Assembly: GCA_041666485.1 (NCBI GenBank)
Contig: JBAYGW010000001.1
Coordinates: forward strand, 15,299 to 79,298
Reading direction: 5' to 3'
From: Patescibacteria group bacterium
GTDB taxonomy: Bacteria; Patescibacteriota; Patescibacteriia; UM-FILTER-42-10
Length of the DNA stretch: 64,000 nucleotides
Below are positions 39,938 through 48,358 of this stretch, one piece after another. Within the stretch, counting starts at the first letter, position 1. The number at the start of each line of letters is the position of its first letter. Made by a program: the position numbers and the translations under genes. The notes under the pieces were generated by a model. That model saw only the letters and a program-made list of their open reading frames with translations. It had not been told where the DNA came from and searched no databases.

Positions 39938-40915
39938 ATGGTAAATAAAAAACAGCAAAAAAACTTTTGGCAAAGCTTAAAAAAGCCTTTTTTAGTTATG
40001 GCACCAATGGATGACATAACCGATTTTCCATATCGTCAAATTGTTAAATCCTGCGGTGGGCCGGATGTAACCTTTACTGAGTTTGTTTCAACTGACGGGC
40101 TATGTTCAGCAGGTAGAAATCGGCTTTTGCATGATTTGAAGTATTTAAAAAATGAGAAGCCAATCGTAGCACAAGTTTTCGGCAGTAAACCTGAAAATTT
40201 TACCAAAACTGCCTCATTAATCAAAAAGCTGGGTTTTGATGGAATTGATATTAATATGGGGTGCCCTTTTAAAACAGTAGAAAAGCAGGGTGCCGGTGCC
40301 GCGCTCATAAAAACACCTGTTTTAGCCCAGCAGATAATTGCGGCAACCAAAAAAGGCGCGGGCGACATGCCGGTATCAGTTAAGACGAGAATCGGGTATG
40401 GTAAGGACAGCTCTAAGATTTGGATACCGCAACTGTTAGTAATGAAACCAGCCGCTCTGACTATTCATGCAAGAACTCAAAAAGAAAAATCCAGAGTACC
40501 TGCGCACTGGGATGTAATTAAGGAGATCAGTGCTGTGATAAAGTCGGGCAAAAGCGAAACAGTTCTTATTGGTAACGGGGATGTAAAAAGTATTGCGGAT
40601 GCATATTTAAAGGCGAAGTTATATGGAGCGGACGGAATAATGGTCGGCAGAGGTGCGATGAATAACCCCTGGTTTTTTTCCGGAAAAGACGAAATGGAAG
40701 TAACTACCAAAGAACGGCTTAGGTTATTATTAAAACATGCGAGACTTTACGAAAAAACCTTCAAGGGTATAAAAAGATTTTATAACCTAAGAAAGTTTTA
40801 TTCAGCATATATCTCAAATTTTTCGGATGCAAAAAAACTGCGCATTGAATTGATGAAGGCGCAGAATTCTGAACAGCTGGAAGAAGCTATTAACAAATAT
40901 TTATTAAGCGAGTGA
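39938..40915 (+). CDS. dus: tRNA-dihydrouridine synthase
   Basis: LVMAPMDDITDFPYRQIV, INMGCP and a FMN TIM-barrel. Confidence 0.85.
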   Translation: MVNKKQQKNFWQSLKKPFLVMAPMDDITDFPYRQIVKSCGGPDVTFTEFVSTDGLCSAGRNRLLHDLKYLKNEKPIVAQVFGSKPENFTKTASLIKKLGFDGIDINMGCPFKTVEKQGAGAALIKTPVLAQQIIAATKKGAGDMPVSVKTRIGYGKDSSKIWIPQLLVMKPAALTIHARTQKEKSRVPAHWDVIKEISAVIKSGKSETVLIGNGDVKSIADAYLKAKLYGADGIMVGRGAMNNPWFFSGKDEMEVTTKERLRLLLKHARLYEKTFKGIKRFYNLRKFYSAYISNFSDAKKLRIELMKAQNSEQLEEAINKYLLSE

Positions 40916-41599
40916 GTGTTTAGTTTTAATTATCTTTTCGGCATCCTGATAGCTTTCCAGTCTTTTAATTCTGATACCGAATTTTTTCCATGGTATTTTA
41001 TAGACAATAGACGGTAGCCATCCTGACATGCCGCTTTTTCTTGGTTTTATGGTAAATAATATTTTTGGAATATATATTCCGGTATGTCCTGATTTCAGCA
41101 TAGTCAACCAAAGATCCCAATCCTGAAATCTGTTGATTGTTTCATCAAAACCCGGAAAATATTCCCTCCTGATCAGCGAGGAAGTATGGATATAGTTTTT
41201 TTTGCGAAGCTCTTCTTGATTAAAGGGAAGCAACCTGAAGACTTTTGCACCCCACATAAAATCGGAATAGGCATATGCCGCCTGTTGATTCTCATCTAGG
41301 GCATTTTTCATTTCCCGGAGCATATTATGATTCGCTACGATGTCCGCATCGCAAAACAGTAAATACTCACCTTTCGCAATTTTAGCACCGTTATTTCTGG
41401 CGATATTGGCGCCGGAATTTTTTTGATTAATAACTGTAATTCTGTTTTGATAATGCTCTAAAAGATTTAATGTGTTATCCGTAGAACCATCGTTGACAAC
41501 AATTACTTCAAAATCTTTATACGTCTCTGCAAATAGAGAGTCCAGGCATTGTTTTAGCACATGGCCGTGCTGATAAGTTGGAATTATTATACTGATCAT
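40904..41599 (-). CDS. Glycosyltransferase family 2
   Basis: MISIIIPTYQHGHVL..EVIVVNDGSTDNT. Confidence 0.75.
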   Translation of the reverse strand: MISIIIPTYQHGHVLKQCLDSLFAETYKDFEVIVVNDGSTDNTLNLLEHYQNRITVINQKNSGANIARNNGAKIAKGEYLLFCDADIVANHNMLREMKNALDENQQAAYAYSDFMWGAKVFRLLPFNQEELRKKNYIHTSSLIRREYFPGFDETINRFQDWDLWLTMLKSGHTGIYIPKILFTIKPRKSGMSGWLPSIVYKIPWKKFGIRIKRLESYQDAEKIIKTKHSLA

Positions 41600-41703
41600 A
41601 TAAATGTATGTATTAATACACTAATCATAAATCGGATTTACATATTTGCATAGAGTAGCCAATAAAAAACTGTGACAAAAAGCCCAGTAGTTTCATTTAC
41701 CAA

Positions 41704-42834
41704 TTATAGAATATCGCTAAATGCCCGTGCTTTTACTTCCCAGTCAAATTCTTCCCTCACCCTTTCTCTACCCTGTACTCCGAGCTGATTAGCGTAAGCT
41801 GTATCTTCAAGTAAATTTACTACGCTTTTCGCTAGTTCTGACGGTTTTTTTGGTTCAATAAGCAAACCTGTTTTTTTATGCAGGACTGCATCGCTTACTC
41901 CGCCAGAATTGTATGCAATAACTGGTTTCCCAAATGCGTTTGCTTCAAGATATACAATACCGAACCCCTCCACATCATTATTGGCAAGAATGCGGGTCGG
42001 CATGATGAATACATCAGCTAACTGATATAGACTGGGTAAAGCTTCCCTACTGATCGTTCCGATAAAAGTTACATAACTTTCCAGGTTGTTTTTTGATATG
42101 TACTCCTCAAGAACTGCCCTGTAAGGTCCGTCAGACGTGATTACATAATTAATGTTCGGAAAAGACTGTATAATATCAGGAAGCGCCTTCAGCACATCCA
42201 TATGGCCCTTGCGCTCAATAATGCGACCTACAGTCAGCAAAATCTTTTTACCACCTAAATGATACTGTTGTGCGATCTCCTTTTGATGATCCGTACTACC
42301 GTGTTGTAATATATCAGTTCCGGGTGAAATAATAGTTATCTTTTTTTCAACGATGCCAAGGTCAGTAATTTTGCTTTTAGTATAATGGCTTACTGTTACA
42401 ATATGAGTGCTTTTTTCCAGGATTTTTTTTGCCAGCCAAGTTTTTCTTGCGGAAGATTGCAGAATTGTTATATCCATGGCATGCGTAGATACAATGTATG
42501 GAATTTTAAACAAATAGCTGATAAGAAGTGCCGCCGTCCCTACCGGCAAGATCTGTCCGACGACTATTTGCTTAATATTATTGCTTCTAATCACCTTGCA
42601 TGAATTGCAGAGCAAAAGGAACCATTTCGGCCAAAAAAAACGGGATTTTATGTAAAACTTTTTCCTAATAATTTTATAGCGTTGTTTTAAATCAAAAGCT
42701 GACGCTCCATTCTCTATCGGTGATAGAACTGTAATATCTTCTTTAGGCAGACGAGCGCAAATTTGTGAAAGATATTCAGAAACCCCACCGACTATTGGTG
42801 GAAAATCAGTTGTTATCAGCAGTGTTTTCAGCAT
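41704..42834 (-). CDS. Glycosyltransferase family 4 (GT-B)
   Basis: C-terminus FIMPTRILANNDVEGFGIVYLEANAFGKPVIAYNSGG. Confidence 0.8.
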   Translation of the reverse strand: MLKTLLITTDFPPIVGGVSEYLSQICARLPKEDITVLSPIENGASAFDLKQRYKIIRKKFYIKSRFFWPKWFLLLCNSCKVIRSNNIKQIVVGQILPVGTAALLISYLFKIPYIVSTHAMDITILQSSARKTWLAKKILEKSTHIVTVSHYTKSKITDLGIVEKKITIISPGTDILQHGSTDHQKEIAQQYHLGGKKILLTVGRIIERKGHMDVLKALPDIIQSFPNINYVITSDGPYRAVLEEYISKNNLESYVTFIGTISREALPSLYQLADVFIMPTRILANNDVEGFGIVYLEANAFGKPVIAYNSGGVSDAVLHKKTGLLIEPKKPSELAKSVVNLLEDTAYANQLGVQGRERVREEFDWEVKARAFSDIL

Positions 42835-44092
42835 TTTGTTTTTTAAATACTGCGCGTATGACAGATTTCATGTCATTTATTGAAACTGCCCGAACAGCGA
42901 ATATTAAGAACACGTAAATTGCAACACCGATTGGCATTAGCATTAGTATTGAAATTTTATTTCTAAATAAATAGAGTAAAACGCCCATTGCTGTACTGGC
43001 AAACAGCAGCTTGATAAACTTTGATAATAATAGCTTTTTATTATACGGTGCAATTTTACCAATCCACGGCATACCTAACGTAATCAATGTCACCGCGCTG
43101 GCGACTGCCGCAATACTTGCGCCAATGTAGGTATATCTTGGTATTAAAATGACATTCAGAATTATATTAACTGCTGTAGCAATTCCCATATTTACCGTAT
43201 TGAGCTTCTGACGGTTACAGGCATTAAGAAAATTACCGACCGGATAATTCAAAAACACAAAAACCAATCCAGAAATAATTATCTGAAATGCGACAATAGA
43301 GGCTTCAAAAGCCGGTCCGTATAGTTTCAAAATTATTCTTTCTGCAAGCACAAATGAGCCGGCAGCAATCGGTAAGCTGACCGCCATCAGGTATATCATT
43401 GCCTTTTCAAATGTGTGCGCAAGCTCGCTTTTGGAGGTGACAAAATAACGGCTCATCGCTGGAAAAAAACTGGATGCAAATGCTCCCGGAATAAAGGTTA
43501 AGGACATATTGAATTTTGACGCGATTGAATACCAGCCCACATATTTATCACCCGCCAGTATACCCAGCAGTACTTTGTCAATTTCATTATTAACTTTGTA
43601 AAATATTCCTGCGATCGCAAAAGGAATAGCGATTCTCAATAATAGAGTAACTATCTTTTTATCCAGTTTAATTTTCGGATGCAGCCTTGCTTTAAATACC
43701 ACCAGTGACAGTGAGTAAATAAAGTTAAAAATACTACCGAGCAATACAGCGACTACAACACCGATCACAGAAAATCCAAAAACTATCCCCAGTATTCCGA
43801 AAACAACAATTATCACCTGATAAACCGTCAGGCCGATTGCTTCAAAATGCAGTTTCTGATATGCCCTAAATATTGAATAAAACGAAAAAGTAAAGGAATC
43901 AAGAACAATAATGGCTACGGCGAAGAAAATAATCCGCATTGAAAGCGCATCTCTTCCCATAGCCATCGCGGAAAATATCAGGGCTACAACAGTAATTACA
44001 GAAAATACAAGCTTTATGCCGAGCACTGATGACAAATATTCCTTAGCTTTACTGTAATCTCTTGATACTTCTCTGGTTAATACCGGTCCCAA
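42806..44092 (-). CDS. Polysaccharide flippase (Wzx/MOP family). The called start is TTG and lacks TM1. The true 5' end is probably the ATG at 44280, disrupted by a frameshift at a poly-A tract.
   Basis: About 12 TM helices and the Polysacc_synt-like N-terminal motif ISRELGSESIGKYVWALSFAGIFALFIEFGLG. The upstream frame contains MDKSSNGKIARNTTLLTEPLFF.. See findings. Confidence 0.75.
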   Translation of the reverse strand: MGPVLTREVSRDYSKAKEYLSSVLGIKLVFSVITVVALIFSAMAMGRDALSMRIIFFAVAIIVLDSFTFSFYSIFRAYQKLHFEAIGLTVYQVIIVVFGILGIVFGFSVIGVVVAVLLGSIFNFIYSLSLVVFKARLHPKIKLDKKIVTLLLRIAIPFAIAGIFYKVNNEIDKVLLGILAGDKYVGWYSIASKFNMSLTFIPGAFASSFFPAMSRYFVTSKSELAHTFEKAMIYLMAVSLPIAAGSFVLAERIILKLYGPAFEASIVAFQIIISGLVFVFLNYPVGNFLNACNRQKLNTVNMGIATAVNIILNVILIPRYTYIGASIAAVASAVTLITLGMPWIGKIAPYNKKLLLSKFIKLLFASTAMGVLLYLFRNKISILMLMPIGVAIYVFLIFAVRAVSINDMKSVIRAVFKKQNAENTADNN

Positions 44093-44290
44093 GCCAAATT
44101 CAATAAACAGTGCAAATATTCCGGCAAAAGATAGCGCCCATACGTATTTACCAATACTTTCACTACCTAGTTCACGCGAAATATATGCAAAATAAAAAAA
44201 AGACAGAACCTTTTGAAAAATAAAGGCTCAGTCAACAATGTGGTATTTCTGGCTATCTTGCCATTTGAAGACTTATCCATTGAAAATAGA

Positions 44291-44794
44291 TTATCTTTTT
44301 GCCCATTGTGGGGCTCTTCTTGCCTTCTTTAAACCGTATTTCTTTCTTTCTTTCACCCTAGGATCACGTTTCAAGAATCCAGCTTTTTTTAATTGTGATC
44401 TAAGTTCGGGATTATATTTTTCTAAAACCCTAGCAATACCTAGTCTCACGCTTTCGGCTTGTCCGTGTTTTCCTCCGCCGGAAACTCTTACGGTAATTTG
44501 ACCCGGATCAAGACTTACTAATTCTAGGGGCATTTTTACAATCATCTGTAAATTCGCAGTCGGGAAATAAACCTTCATCTCCTTCTCATTAACCACAATC
44601 TGACCTTGTTTTTTCTGGTACAGTCTGACTCTAGCTACTGATTCTTTTCTTCTGCCAACAGCAAAAAGATAGTCATGCTTAACAACCTTCTTTTTCACCG
44701 GAAGCTCTGCTTTGTGCTCAATAGCTTTCTTTTTTGGCCTGCCACGCTTCTTGGTTGCGGGTGTTTTAGGCGCTGTCTTTTTTGTTGGAGTCAT
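44291..44794 (-). CDS. rpsI: 30S ribosomal protein S9 with a roughly 40-aa lysine-rich N-terminal extension
   Basis: C-terminus GGGKHGQAESVRLGIARVL...KKARRAPQWAKR. The extension contains KKRGRPKKK. Confidence 0.9.
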   Translation of the reverse strand: MTPTKKTAPKTPATKKRGRPKKKAIEHKAELPVKKKVVKHDYLFAVGRRKESVARVRLYQKKQGQIVVNEKEMKVYFPTANLQMIVKMPLELVSLDPGQITVRVSGGGKHGQAESVRLGIARVLEKYNPELRSQLKKAGFLKRDPRVKERKKYGLKKARRAPQWAKR

Positions 44795-44800
44795 ACAAGT

Positions 44801-45178
44801 CTATTTTTTAAACTGAATTTTCTTAAGCATTTTCGTGCGGAGTTTGTTTTTGGGCAACATATTGCGCACTACTTTCAACAGAAAAATTTCTGGATTCTTG
44901 CTAAATATTTCATCCATATTTTTGGTTGTAATTCCGCCCGGATAACCACTATATTTATGATATAACTTATCGTTTTTCTTATTACCTGTCGCAACAATTT
45001 TGTCCGCATTGGAAACAACCACGACAACATGCGCGAGTTTTTCTGGTGAATAATCAACCAGTCGTTTCCCCTGAACAGAAAAAGCGATGTCTGATGCAAC
45101 TCTGCCAAAAGACTTACCTTCGGCGTCAATTCTATATACATGTGGCTTTGGAGCCACGTTATTATTTTTCATCTTCAT
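44801..45178 (-). CDS. rplM: 50S ribosomal protein L13
   Basis: Family pattern HVYRIDAEGKSFGRVASDIA..KLYHKYSGYPGG. Confidence 0.9.
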   Translation of the reverse strand: MKMKNNNVAPKPHVYRIDAEGKSFGRVASDIAFSVQGKRLVDYSPEKLAHVVVVVSNADKIVATGNKKNDKLYHKYSGYPGGITTKNMDEIFSKNPEIFLLKVVRNMLPKNKLRTKMLKKIQFKK

Positions 45179-45530
45179 TTTGTGGAACTAATTCAATTCT
45201 TACTGTTGGGGCATTATCACCCTTCCTATTCCCAATTTTTGAAATCCTGGTATACCCGCCCGGTCTTGATTTAAATCTTTTTCCAAGCACAAACAGTTTT
45301 TTCACTGCTTCCTCGGTATCCAATGACCTCATCACTCTCCGGCGGTTTGTTACGTTTTCCGTCTTAGCCAGTGTAATCATCTTTTCAACATATGATCTTA
45401 GTAATTTGGCTTTCGTTGCGGTAATCGTCAGCTTTTCGTGTAAAATCAAACTTTGCACCAAACCATTAATCAGTGCTTTGCGCGGAGATTTTTTTCTGTC
45501 CAGTATTCCTTTTGATTTTTTATGTCTCAT
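45162..45530 (-). CDS. rplQ: 50S ribosomal protein L17
   Basis: MRHKKSKGILDRKKSPRKALINGL.. and GYTRISKIGNRKGDNAP. Confidence 0.9.
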   Translation of the reverse strand: MRHKKSKGILDRKKSPRKALINGLVQSLILHEKLTITATKAKLLRSYVEKMITLAKTENVTNRRRVMRSLDTEEAVKKLFVLGKRFKSRPGGYTRISKIGNRKGDNAPTVRIELVPQNEDEK

Positions 45531-45537
45531 AAACTAC

Positions 45538-46317
45538 CTATTTCTTTACCTCTGCTTTTTCTTTTTTTGTACCCTCTTCAGATTTTTCCGCATCGTTTTT
45601 TTCTTTCTCTTCCTTCTTTGACTCCTTTTTCTTATCGTATGACTTCAGGAAATCAAAGTGGTTTACCAAAATTTCCGAGGCACTCTTAAATACTTCAATC
45701 GGAGTCAGTGTTCCGTCTGTGACTATTTCAAGCGTAAGCTTATCATAGTTGGTCATTTTTCCAACACGGACATTTTCAATATCAAACCTCGCTTTGAGTA
45801 CCGGTGTGAATATGGCGTCAATTGCAATTACTCCAATTTCGTATTTTTCTTTACCACGGGCTTCAACTGGTGAATAACCAAGCCCATTCTCAACTGTCAA
45901 CTCCATATCCAGTTCTGCTGACTTATCTGTTAGCGTAGCAATTACTAGATCCTTGTTTGAAATTTTAACTTCCGCAGTTTCCTTAATATCTGCTGCTGTA
46001 ACCACCTTTTCACCCTTTACTTTTAGCGTGACCGTTCCAATATCTCCAGTAACCAACTTTAGGCGAAGCTGCTTTATATTTAGAATTATATCCACAACGT
46101 CCTCTTTGACGTGTTCAATCGTGGAAAACTCATGATCCACTCCCTTTATCTTTATGCCGGTAACTGCAGATCCGGACAGCGATGATATAAGCACTCTACG
46201 CAAAGCGTTGCCCACAGTCAGGCCATAGCCAGGATAAAGTGGTTCAACCACAATTATTCCTGTTTTATCATCTTTTTCTGTATATTTAATTTGTTGAGGA
46301 AGTTGGATCTCTGTCAT
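45538..46317 (-). CDS. rpoA: DNA-directed RNA polymerase alpha subunit (NTD only; the alpha-CTD is replaced by a K/E-rich tail)
   Basis: Alpha NTD motifs (VEPLYPGYGLTVGNALRRVLISSL..). The protein ends after about 225 aa of NTD with KKKESKKEEKEKNDAEKSEEGTKKEKAEVKK. Confidence 0.9.
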   Translation of the reverse strand: MTEIQLPQQIKYTEKDDKTGIIVVEPLYPGYGLTVGNALRRVLISSLSGSAVTGIKIKGVDHEFSTIEHVKEDVVDIILNIKQLRLKLVTGDIGTVTLKVKGEKVVTAADIKETAEVKISNKDLVIATLTDKSAELDMELTVENGLGYSPVEARGKEKYEIGVIAIDAIFTPVLKARFDIENVRVGKMTNYDKLTLEIVTDGTLTPIEVFKSASEILVNHFDFLKSYDKKKESKKEEKEKNDAEKSEEGTKKEKAEVKK

Positions 46318-46345
46318 GTTTCTAGAAATTTAAATTATCAATTAT

Positions 46346-46972
46346 TTATCGTGAATAAAATTCTATAATCAATGGGATGTTTAGATTTTGCTTCACTTGA
46401 TCGTAAACCGGCATACTTAATACTTTCCCCTTCAATTCCTTCAAATCACAATCCAACCACGCCGGCGTTTCATTTTTTTGTGTGCTTTTATCCAGCTTTT
46501 CAAATAATTTTTTACTAGTTGTTTTGGTAGAGACCACATCGCCGACACTAACACAGTAGGACGGGATATTTACTTTTTTGCCGTTAACTAATACATGATT
46601 ATGGGACACTAACTGTCGCGCGATCCCTCTGGATTGTGCAAAACCCATGCGGTAAACAATATTATCAAGCCTCGTTTCCAAAATGGTCATCAGATTCTCA
46701 CCGCTATCACCGGTATTTCTCATGGCCTTATGCACGTAGTTTCTGAACTGCTTTTCAAGAATTGCATAAATTGTTTTTACCTTCTGCTTCTCTCTAAGCT
46801 GTATTCCATACTGGCTTTTACGAGATTTTTGCTGCTTCGGTCCGTGCATTCCTGGCGGATAATTTCTTTTAACCATTGCACATTTCGGCGAAAAACATTT
46901 TTCACCTTTTAAAAAGAGTTTTTCACCTTCTCTTCTGCATCTTTTACATTTTGGATCAAGATTTCTTGCCAT
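46346..46972 (-). CDS. rpsD: 30S ribosomal protein S4
   Basis: MARNLDPKCKRCRREGEKLFLKGEKC.. (zinc-ribbon-like N-terminus) and an S4 domain. Confidence 0.9.
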   Translation of the reverse strand: MARNLDPKCKRCRREGEKLFLKGEKCFSPKCAMVKRNYPPGMHGPKQQKSRKSQYGIQLREKQKVKTIYAILEKQFRNYVHKAMRNTGDSGENLMTILETRLDNIVYRMGFAQSRGIARQLVSHNHVLVNGKKVNIPSYCVSVGDVVSTKTTSKKLFEKLDKSTQKNETPAWLDCDLKELKGKVLSMPVYDQVKQNLNIPLIIEFYSR

Positions 46973-46974
46973 AT

Positions 46975-47364
46975 TTATACTCTCCTTGGTTTACGTGAAC
47001 GCGGTCCATTGTGTGGAATCGGAGTTACGTCTTTAATAGACAAAATACTTATACCCTGCGCACTCAAAGCTCTAATCGCTGCTTCGCGGCCATTACCTAC
47101 ACCTTTAACAAATACGTCCACTTCTCGCAGTCCGCAGTCCGCAACTTTTTCCAATAAACTTCTTACGATGACGCCGGCAGCATACGGAGTTGCTTTTTTA
47201 GGACCTTTAAACCCGGAAAGACCGGACGATGCCCATGCAACAACTGCGCCATTTGGATCAGTTAAAGTGATGATTGTATTATTATAAGTTGCCTGAATAT
47301 ATACTCTTCCGGTGGTAAGTACTCTATTTTTCTTCTTCTTTTTGATTGGTTTAGCGGTTGCCAT
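46975..47364 (-). CDS. rpsK: 30S ribosomal protein S11
   Basis: GRVYIQATYNNTIITLTDPNGAVVAWASSG.. Confidence 0.9.
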   Translation of the reverse strand: MATAKPIKKKKKNRVLTTGRVYIQATYNNTIITLTDPNGAVVAWASSGLSGFKGPKKATPYAAGVIVRSLLEKVADCGLREVDVFVKGVGNGREAAIRALSAQGISILSIKDVTPIPHNGPRSRKPRRV

Positions 47365-47377
47365 ATTTATTCGTTAT

Positions 47378-47767
47378 TTATGTTTTTTGATCAGCAACTT
47401 TTCTTCCGCTGCCAACGGTTTTTCGCACATTACCTCTTACGGTTCTGGTGTTTGTCTTAGTCCTTTGTCCGCGAGCCGGGAGTCCTTTTGCATGGCGAGA
47501 TCCTCTGTAGCTGCCTGTTTCTTTTAAGCGCTTGATATTTGTTAAAACTTCACGTTTCAAATCACCTTCAACCCGGTAGTTTTTTTCTATAATTTCTCTT
47601 AAGACATTCGCTTGATCATCAGTAAGCTCGGACGTTCTCATTCCCGGAGCAATGTTTGCCTGTTTAAGAATTCTCCTGGAAAGCACTCTGCCAATACCAA
47701 AAATATATGTTAACGCGATTTCAATTACTTTTTCTTTTGGAAGGGTTACCCCTGCTATTCTTGCCAT
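47378..47767 (-). CDS. rpsM: 30S ribosomal protein S13
   Basis: [26 protein letters not shown].. Confidence 0.9.
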   Translation of the reverse strand: MARIAGVTLPKEKVIEIALTYIFGIGRVLSRRILKQANIAPGMRTSELTDDQANVLREIIEKNYRVEGDLKREVLTNIKRLKETGSYRGSRHAKGLPARGQRTKTNTRTVRGNVRKTVGSGRKVADQKT

Positions 47768-47773
47768 AAAATA

Positions 47774-47887
47774 TTATCCTTGACGTTGTTTATGCTTAGG
47801 ATTTTCACACTTAACAACCACTCTACCTTTTCGGCGAGTTACTTTACATTTCATACACATCTTTTTAACGGATGCCCTTACTTTCAT
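47774..47887 (-). CDS. rpmJ: 50S ribosomal protein L36
   Basis: Hand-translated from the minus strand as [37 protein letters not shown] (37 aa). It is not in the ORF track and sits between rpsM and infA as expected. Confidence 0.85.
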   Translation of the reverse strand: MKVRASVKKMCMKCKVTRRKGRVVVKCENPKHKQRQG

Positions 47888-47898
47888 GTAAATCTATG

Positions 47899-48174
47899 TT
47901 ATTTCCTATAAGTTATCCTACCCTTAGTTAAATCATATGGTGTCAATTCAACAGTAACTTCATCACCCGGTAATATCCTTATGCGATGCATCCGCATTTT
48001 TCCGGACAAATGTGCCAAAATTTCATGACCGTTTTCCAGTTTGACTTTAAAAGTTGTACTTGGTAATAATTCCTCAACAACCCCAGCGACTTCAATAAAA
48101 CCTTTTTTGTTTGCCGAGGCATTCAATTTGTTTCCTTCTGGTGAAGGATTACTATTTTGAATATTTTCAGGCAT
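47899..48174 (-). CDS. infA: Translation initiation factor IF-1 (with roughly 20-aa N-terminal extension, or a later start)
   Basis: S1-like core [60 protein letters not shown]. Confidence 0.85.
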   Translation of the reverse strand: MPENIQNSNPSPEGNKLNASANKKGFIEVAGVVEELLPSTTFKVKLENGHEILAHLSGKMRMHRIRILPGDEVTVELTPYDLTKGRITYRK

Positions 48175-48292
48175 ATTGTATTTTAATACTAAAATAAAAT
48201 TCTTTGTCCCTGCATTTTGGACAAGAATTAATACAAAAGTATTGAATTTGCCTTGTTCTGCAGTAACTCATCTATATGCATAAGCAGTGTTC

Positions 48293-48320
48293 ATTATAAC
48301 ATGACTTATAATGCTGTCAA
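48293..48320 (-). promoter_or_regulatory. Sigma70-type promoter (TTGACA-16-TATAAT) upstream of the infA-rpmJ-rpsM... operon
   Basis: The minus strand reads TTGACAgcattataagtcatgtTATAAT, and infA starts about 110 nt downstream. A stem-loop plus U-tract (48214-48236) lies in the leader. Confidence 0.45.
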
Positions 48321-48358
48321 GAAACTACAATAATTGGCTAATATTAGCAAATAGTAAG

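Noticed and set aside
45046-45621. 191-aa plus-strand ORF
   Set aside because: It is antisense across rplM/rplQ/rpoA. Ribosomal genes are unambiguous, so it is spurious.
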